The notes beneath the pieces are model-generated. The model did not search any database. It had not been told where the DNA came from and worked only from the letters and a program-made list of their open reading frames with translations. From assembly GCA_963665665.1 (NCBI GenBank), contig OY762428.1, forward strand, positions 5,088,001 through 5,152,000: 64,000 nucleotides of DNA. Reading direction: 5' to 3'. Made by a program: the position numbers and the translations under genes. Source of the stretch: Candidatus Kapaibacterium sp. GTDB taxonomy: Bacteria; Bacteroidota; Ignavibacteria; Kapaibacteriales; UBA2268. Below, piece by piece: positions 60,218-64,000 of this stretch; the first letter of the stretch is position 1; each line of letters opens with the position of its first letter.

Positions 60218-60363
60218 TTTGCACTCCGTTATTGAAAAAATTACAACTACAAAAATAATAAAATGTTGTTAATCGTTTATAACTAAAATTATTGTACACA
60301 GATTCTGAAATATATGGCTGTTTTTTTCTCGTTTTGTTTTTTTTGATTAATTATCGGTTTACA

Positions 60364-61236
60364 ATGGTAAAAACAGCATTATTATTTTGTCTGATTATAA
60401 TATCAGCGTCATCATCGCTTTTTTCAAATAAAAAAGATAAAATTGTAATTCTAAGTGATTTAACCGGCATCGAAATAGATAGTACTGAAAATCAGAATTT
60501 CAAAATATTTCATGATATGAAATCACTGAATTATGCGGTTTTTTTTGAAACAAATAAGCGTTTTCATTATGTTTATTATGTTGAAATGATCGACGGAAAT
60601 CCCCGGGAAGGTATTTTCTGGATTACTGAAGCCGAAATGCTTGACATCACAAAAAAAATTACCGGAAAGGATAAAGCTTTATATTCTGATTGGAAATTTG
60701 TTGATAATTTATCATTTCCAGGCGTTGAGAAATTACGTAATACAGATAAAAGCCGAAAAAATCTTAATGATCTAAGCGAAGAAGTCAATATCGAAAAAAT
60801 CAGGAAAAAGGCACAAAGAGATTTCTGGTATATTTATACTTATGAATTTATTTATGAAAAAGCCAGTCTTGATTATGTAGAAGACGATAAGCTTGCTATC
60901 TGGCTTGACGGAAAATTTTACTTGATAAACATTGAGGATATTGAATATATTAAGTACGATGCTAACAACAAATTCAGCCAGGTAGTATTCGGTGCACTAA
61001 CAGGCCTTGTAAGCGGAGCGATAATCGGGCATTTGAGCAATAATATTGCAGGTAATGATAACAGCAATTTTGGAAGAATGAATTCATCAACATATTACGG
61101 CGGGTTGTTTGGTTCAATTATTGGTGGGTCTATAGGGGCAGCTATTAAAACTGAAGACGATAATTATGACCTTTCGGGCAAATCTCTTAGGGAAAAAATA
61201 AATTTTATCTCGGATTTTCTTGTTGGGATTAATTAA
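60364..61236 (+). CDS. Secreted or membrane hypothetical protein with C-terminal glycine-zipper helices
   Basis: Signal peptide from ATG 60364. 'GALTGLVSGAIIG' and 'GGLFGSIIGGSIGA' GxxxG motifs. Confidence 0.65.
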   Translation: MVKTALLFCLIIISASSSLFSNKKDKIVILSDLTGIEIDSTENQNFKIFHDMKSLNYAVFFETNKRFHYVYYVEMIDGNPREGIFWITEAEMLDITKKITGKDKALYSDWKFVDNLSFPGVEKLRNTDKSRKNLNDLSEEVNIEKIRKKAQRDFWYIYTYEFIYEKASLDYVEDDKLAIWLDGKFYLINIEDIEYIKYDANNKFSQVVFGALTGLVSGAIIGHLSNNIAGNDNSNFGRMNSSTYYGGLFGSIIGGSIGAAIKTEDDNYDLSGKSLREKINFISDFLVGIN

Positions 61237-61244
61237 AAAAAAGG

Positions 61245-61273
61245 TTGCATCTTTGCTTTCTGATTCGTAAATT
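61245..61273 (+). promoter_or_regulatory. Candidate sigma-70-type promoter
   Basis: TTGCAT (61245-61250) - 17 nt - TAAATT (61268-61273). Confidence 0.45.
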
Positions 61274-61279
61274 GAATTT

Positions 61280-61346
61280 ATGAATAGCCTGATAAGGGGT
61301 AGTAATAATAATGAATCAGGCGTGCCGGGGCGGAAGCCCCGGTTTT
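61280..61346 (+). ncRNA. Candidate ~65-nt small RNA (stem-loop + terminator)
   Basis: GCCTGAT/ATCAGGC stem (61287-61321) followed by CCGGGGC-GGAA-GCCCCGG-TTTT (61325-61346), directly after the candidate promoter. Confidence 0.35.
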
Positions 61347-61556
61347 AATTTTCATAATAAATAAAATCCGAATCATAGCAGCGATGAAGAAATATTTAAT
61401 TCAAAGCACTGAATTTTCAAAAAAATGCAATCATCTTAAGGCGTTGCCTGTTCCGAGCTGTTCATATTATGTTTGTTTGCAGGGGAGTGGGATTTACCGG
61501 AAGGCTCCAAAAAATACTTATATGAATAGTCATCCCCGGTGTTATTTTTCAATAAT

Positions 61557-61588
61557 AAGCCCTCCCGGCGTGATAGGGGAGGGCTTTT
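61557..61588. terminator. Hairpin or terminator downstream of the minus-strand BNR gene
   Basis: AAGCCCTCCC-GGCGTGATAG-GGGAGGGCTT-TT. Confidence 0.7.
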
Positions 61589-61620
61589 GAAGTAGGGGGA
61601 GGGGAGTTAAGATATTATAA

Positions 61621-63510
61621 TTATTCCACGGAAATCATTTCCGAACAAATGCTTTCTTTTGATTTGACAACAACAATATAGCTGCCGCCTGGCAGATCGC
61701 TGACATCAATATCAATCATATTATGATCATTATTAAACATACATTGGGTGGAAATGTATTGTTTGCCGGAATAGTCATAAATTTCGATATTGGCAATTCC
61801 GTGATCTCTGCATTTTATCTGTATGTTAATATTGTCTTTTGCAGGATTAGGGCTGATATTTTCAATAAAGATATCACCATTTATCGAAGTAACTGATTCA
61901 ACGCCAAGCGGAGTTGTGCTAACAGGAATCTTTGCCATGTATATATTCAGGTTGCCGTCATTTGTTCTGCCATCAGCCCAGAAAGGCATAGCATATTCGT
62001 CCGTACATACCATCTGGTTATATTCACCTATTCCAAAACCATTGTTCATATCGTCAGTTTTGTTCCAAATTGATGAACCCCCGCTTATCCTGAAATTATC
62101 AATAAAACTATTACCACCGTCAAAAGAATATGTCATCCAATATTCTGTTTCGCCGGTTTCCGGATTTGCTCTCTGGTCGTACCATGCAATTGCTACAACA
62201 CCATCAGGAGTAACAGCAAGAGAAGGATAAAAATTGTGGATTTTCATACTTTTATCGTCGTCGTGGATTACTTCTGCTTCGCTCCATGTTTCGCCGTTAT
62301 CGGTCGATCGTGAGAAATAAACATTAAGCCCTTTGCCAAGATCGGATGTAAAACCGTTTGCTGTCCATGAAAAATATAAGTTGCCGGAATTATCGCCTGA
62401 ACTTTTATCTATGGCAAACTGCGGGCATGGGTAAAGTCTTTCAAGCCCTTCAACAGATTCGGTTTCTCCAGCATTCGGGTTGGTTCCGTGTATATCAGAA
62501 ATTTTTACAGGAGTGCTGAAACTATGGCCGCCGTCCGTTGAAACAGTATGGTAAAACGCAACTCCTTTATCTCCAATTGAAAGGAAAGTTACATGCAGGT
62601 TCCCGAATTTGTCAACTTCAGGCATTGAAAATTGAAAACTCAGGTCATTCTGAGAAGATGGTTCCGATGAATTTTCATTGAAGAAATCATTGCTCGCTTC
62701 CTTAGTGAATAATTCAATAGCCACGTAAGGATCTTCACTGCTGCTGTCCATTGTAATTGTTGTTGCACTCAGGTAAAGATTATTTCTGTATTCTGAATCA
62801 GACTGGTCGCAAACCATCCATTGTTTGTCAGTAAATCTATCAAAGCTAATTCCTTCCGGATCATATAGCGTTCCGCATTTGCTATTGGGCAGTTCGTCAT
62901 TTTCAGGCCTTATCCAGTTTTCACCGCCGTCAGTTGATTTCGCCCAGTTCAGGATAACAAACACTGAATCAGGTTCCTGCTGCCCCATGTCATCAATCCT
63001 GAGTGTAACAAATAATTTTATCCACGACATATATGCTGTGCCGTCCGCATCGAATGCCAGAACAGGGTCACCTCCACCGGCATTATATGTTCCGGGGAAG
63101 TTTGAATTATTTGTAAAAGAACTTCTGTCCCAGGAATTTCCGCCGTCACGGGAATAATATACAGGGCAAAACATTCCTCCTGCACCATTGTATATCGGAC
63201 TAACAATAATATTGGTATTATCAGTCGGATTCATTGCAACTGTAATTTCAGATTCCGGGTGGTCCTTTTCTGACATTGGATTTTCTCCCTTATCGGAAAT
63301 AATATCTTTTGAATTTTTGCTATCGATTATATCCGGTATGTGAGATTCAAAATTTTCAGGCAGGCGTAGCTTTTCCTGTTCCCAGAAATGCATCAGATTT
63401 TTATTGATTTTTTTTATTAATCTTGCTTTGTCATAACCCTGAAGATTAACTGAATTCAAAAACAGAACTATTGCCAGTACAAAAGATGTTCTTATAAATA
63501 ACTTGTCCAT
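61621..63510 (-). CDS. T9SS-secreted BNR/Asp-box (sialidase-fold) protein
   Basis: Signal peptide from ATG 63510. Asp-boxes SRDGGNSW, STDGGENW, STDNGETW, SFDGGNSF. CTD 'ISPNPAKD...IYDYSGK...LPGGSYIVVV'. Confidence 0.82.
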   Translation of the reverse strand: MDKLFIRTSFVLAIVLFLNSVNLQGYDKARLIKKINKNLMHFWEQEKLRLPENFESHIPDIIDSKNSKDIISDKGENPMSEKDHPESEITVAMNPTDNTNIIVSPIYNGAGGMFCPVYYSRDGGNSWDRSSFTNNSNFPGTYNAGGGDPVLAFDADGTAYMSWIKLFVTLRIDDMGQQEPDSVFVILNWAKSTDGGENWIRPENDELPNSKCGTLYDPEGISFDRFTDKQWMVCDQSDSEYRNNLYLSATTITMDSSSEDPYVAIELFTKEASNDFFNENSSEPSSQNDLSFQFSMPEVDKFGNLHVTFLSIGDKGVAFYHTVSTDGGHSFSTPVKISDIHGTNPNAGETESVEGLERLYPCPQFAIDKSSGDNSGNLYFSWTANGFTSDLGKGLNVYFSRSTDNGETWSEAEVIHDDDKSMKIHNFYPSLAVTPDGVVAIAWYDQRANPETGETEYWMTYSFDGGNSFIDNFRISGGSSIWNKTDDMNNGFGIGEYNQMVCTDEYAMPFWADGRTNDGNLNIYMAKIPVSTTPLGVESVTSINGDIFIENISPNPAKDNINIQIKCRDHGIANIEIYDYSGKQYISTQCMFNNDHNMIDIDVSDLPGGSYIVVVKSKESICSEMISVE

Positions 63511-63638
63511 GACTACTCTTTCATTTATTAAAAATATTGCTTCAATAATAGGAGTCATAGCATGGCTAAAAAGTTTCTTACAAATTCAGAAATAATTATT
63601 TTGAAATAAAATCAAAAACATAGAAGAGCAAGGTGCGG

Positions 63639-64000
63639 AAGCAAAGAAAGAAAACCACCCCGACTCGCTGCGCTCGCCACCCCTCAACGAGGGGAATTTT
63701 TATAAAATCAGCCATCCAGAAAGCGGCGTAGCCGCGACATTTTTGTAGAAAATCGATCCCGGGATTAACAACAGACCCGTCGGGGCGGCATTTATATATC
63801 AGATGTCGCTCCTACGGAGCTTTTTCCCTCCTTCCGAAGGAGGTGGCCGGGGGGAGGTAGGAAGGGTTAGAGGCAAATCACCGATGTTTGATGATATTTC
63901 CGCCCTGGCCGTAAGCAAAGCAAGAAAACCACCCCTATAATCCCCTCCTACATTAGGAGGGGATAAGAAGTTAAATATCATAGAATTAACTCCCCCTCCT
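63639..64000. repeat. REP/REPIN-like mosaic of two palindrome families (truncated at window end)
   Basis: 22/23-nt direct repeat at 63639 and 63913, each leading into a CCCCTC..GAGGGG hairpin, with an inverted copy at 63824-63858. Three 19-nt AGC-NN-CGTAG-NN-GCGACAT-type units at 63722 (+), 63773 (+) and 63803 (-). Confidence 0.8.

Noticed and set aside
61384-61590. 68-aa ORF as a type I toxin paired with the candidate sRNA
   Set aside because: It is not hydrophobic, lacks an RBS, runs through a terminator hairpin, and lies on the same strand as the sRNA with no evident complementarity.
63799-63981. 60-aa ORF at the window end
   Set aside because: It is a translation of the REP mosaic, not a plausible protein.

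Overview
This is an AT-rich (visibly low-GC) chromosomal window from an FCB-group bacterium. Four cargo proteins with type IX secretion C-terminal domains, SD-like GGAG/GAGG sites and an E2-E1 fused 2-oxoglutarate dehydrogenase point, by inference, to a Ca. Kapabacteria or Ignavibacteria relative. About 42 genes are supportable. Housekeeping genes are kbl, serC, tag, kgd/sucA, rdgB, meaB, mutS2, yqeY, obgE and purB. Envelope and secreted proteins include BNR-repeat T9SS cargo, a 1541-aa VWA adhesin, GT4 and GT9 glycosyltransferases, a TonB-dependent receptor, MscS and a Tat-signal LD-carboxypeptidase. Three defence-type genes are scattered through the window (Schlafen/AlbA_2, Mrr, Rpn). I saw no rRNA, tRNA, CRISPR, integrase or reverse transcriptase. 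The least explained features are: (1) a GC-rich, two-block 21-bp tandem array at 23045-23464 inside a 1.2-kb gene-free gap, next to a hairpin cluster; (2) an ~820-aa acidic scaffold-like protein directly upstream of obgE; (3) a 94-aa FYVE/RING-like Cys8 zinc finger with an acidic tail; (4) an active plus catalytically dead pair of lipoprotein transglutaminases; (5) a candidate sRNA at ~61280 with promoter, hairpin and terminator; (6) a nested REP/REPIN mosaic with compensatory base changes at the right end. All calls come from reading motifs by eye. No database searches were run.
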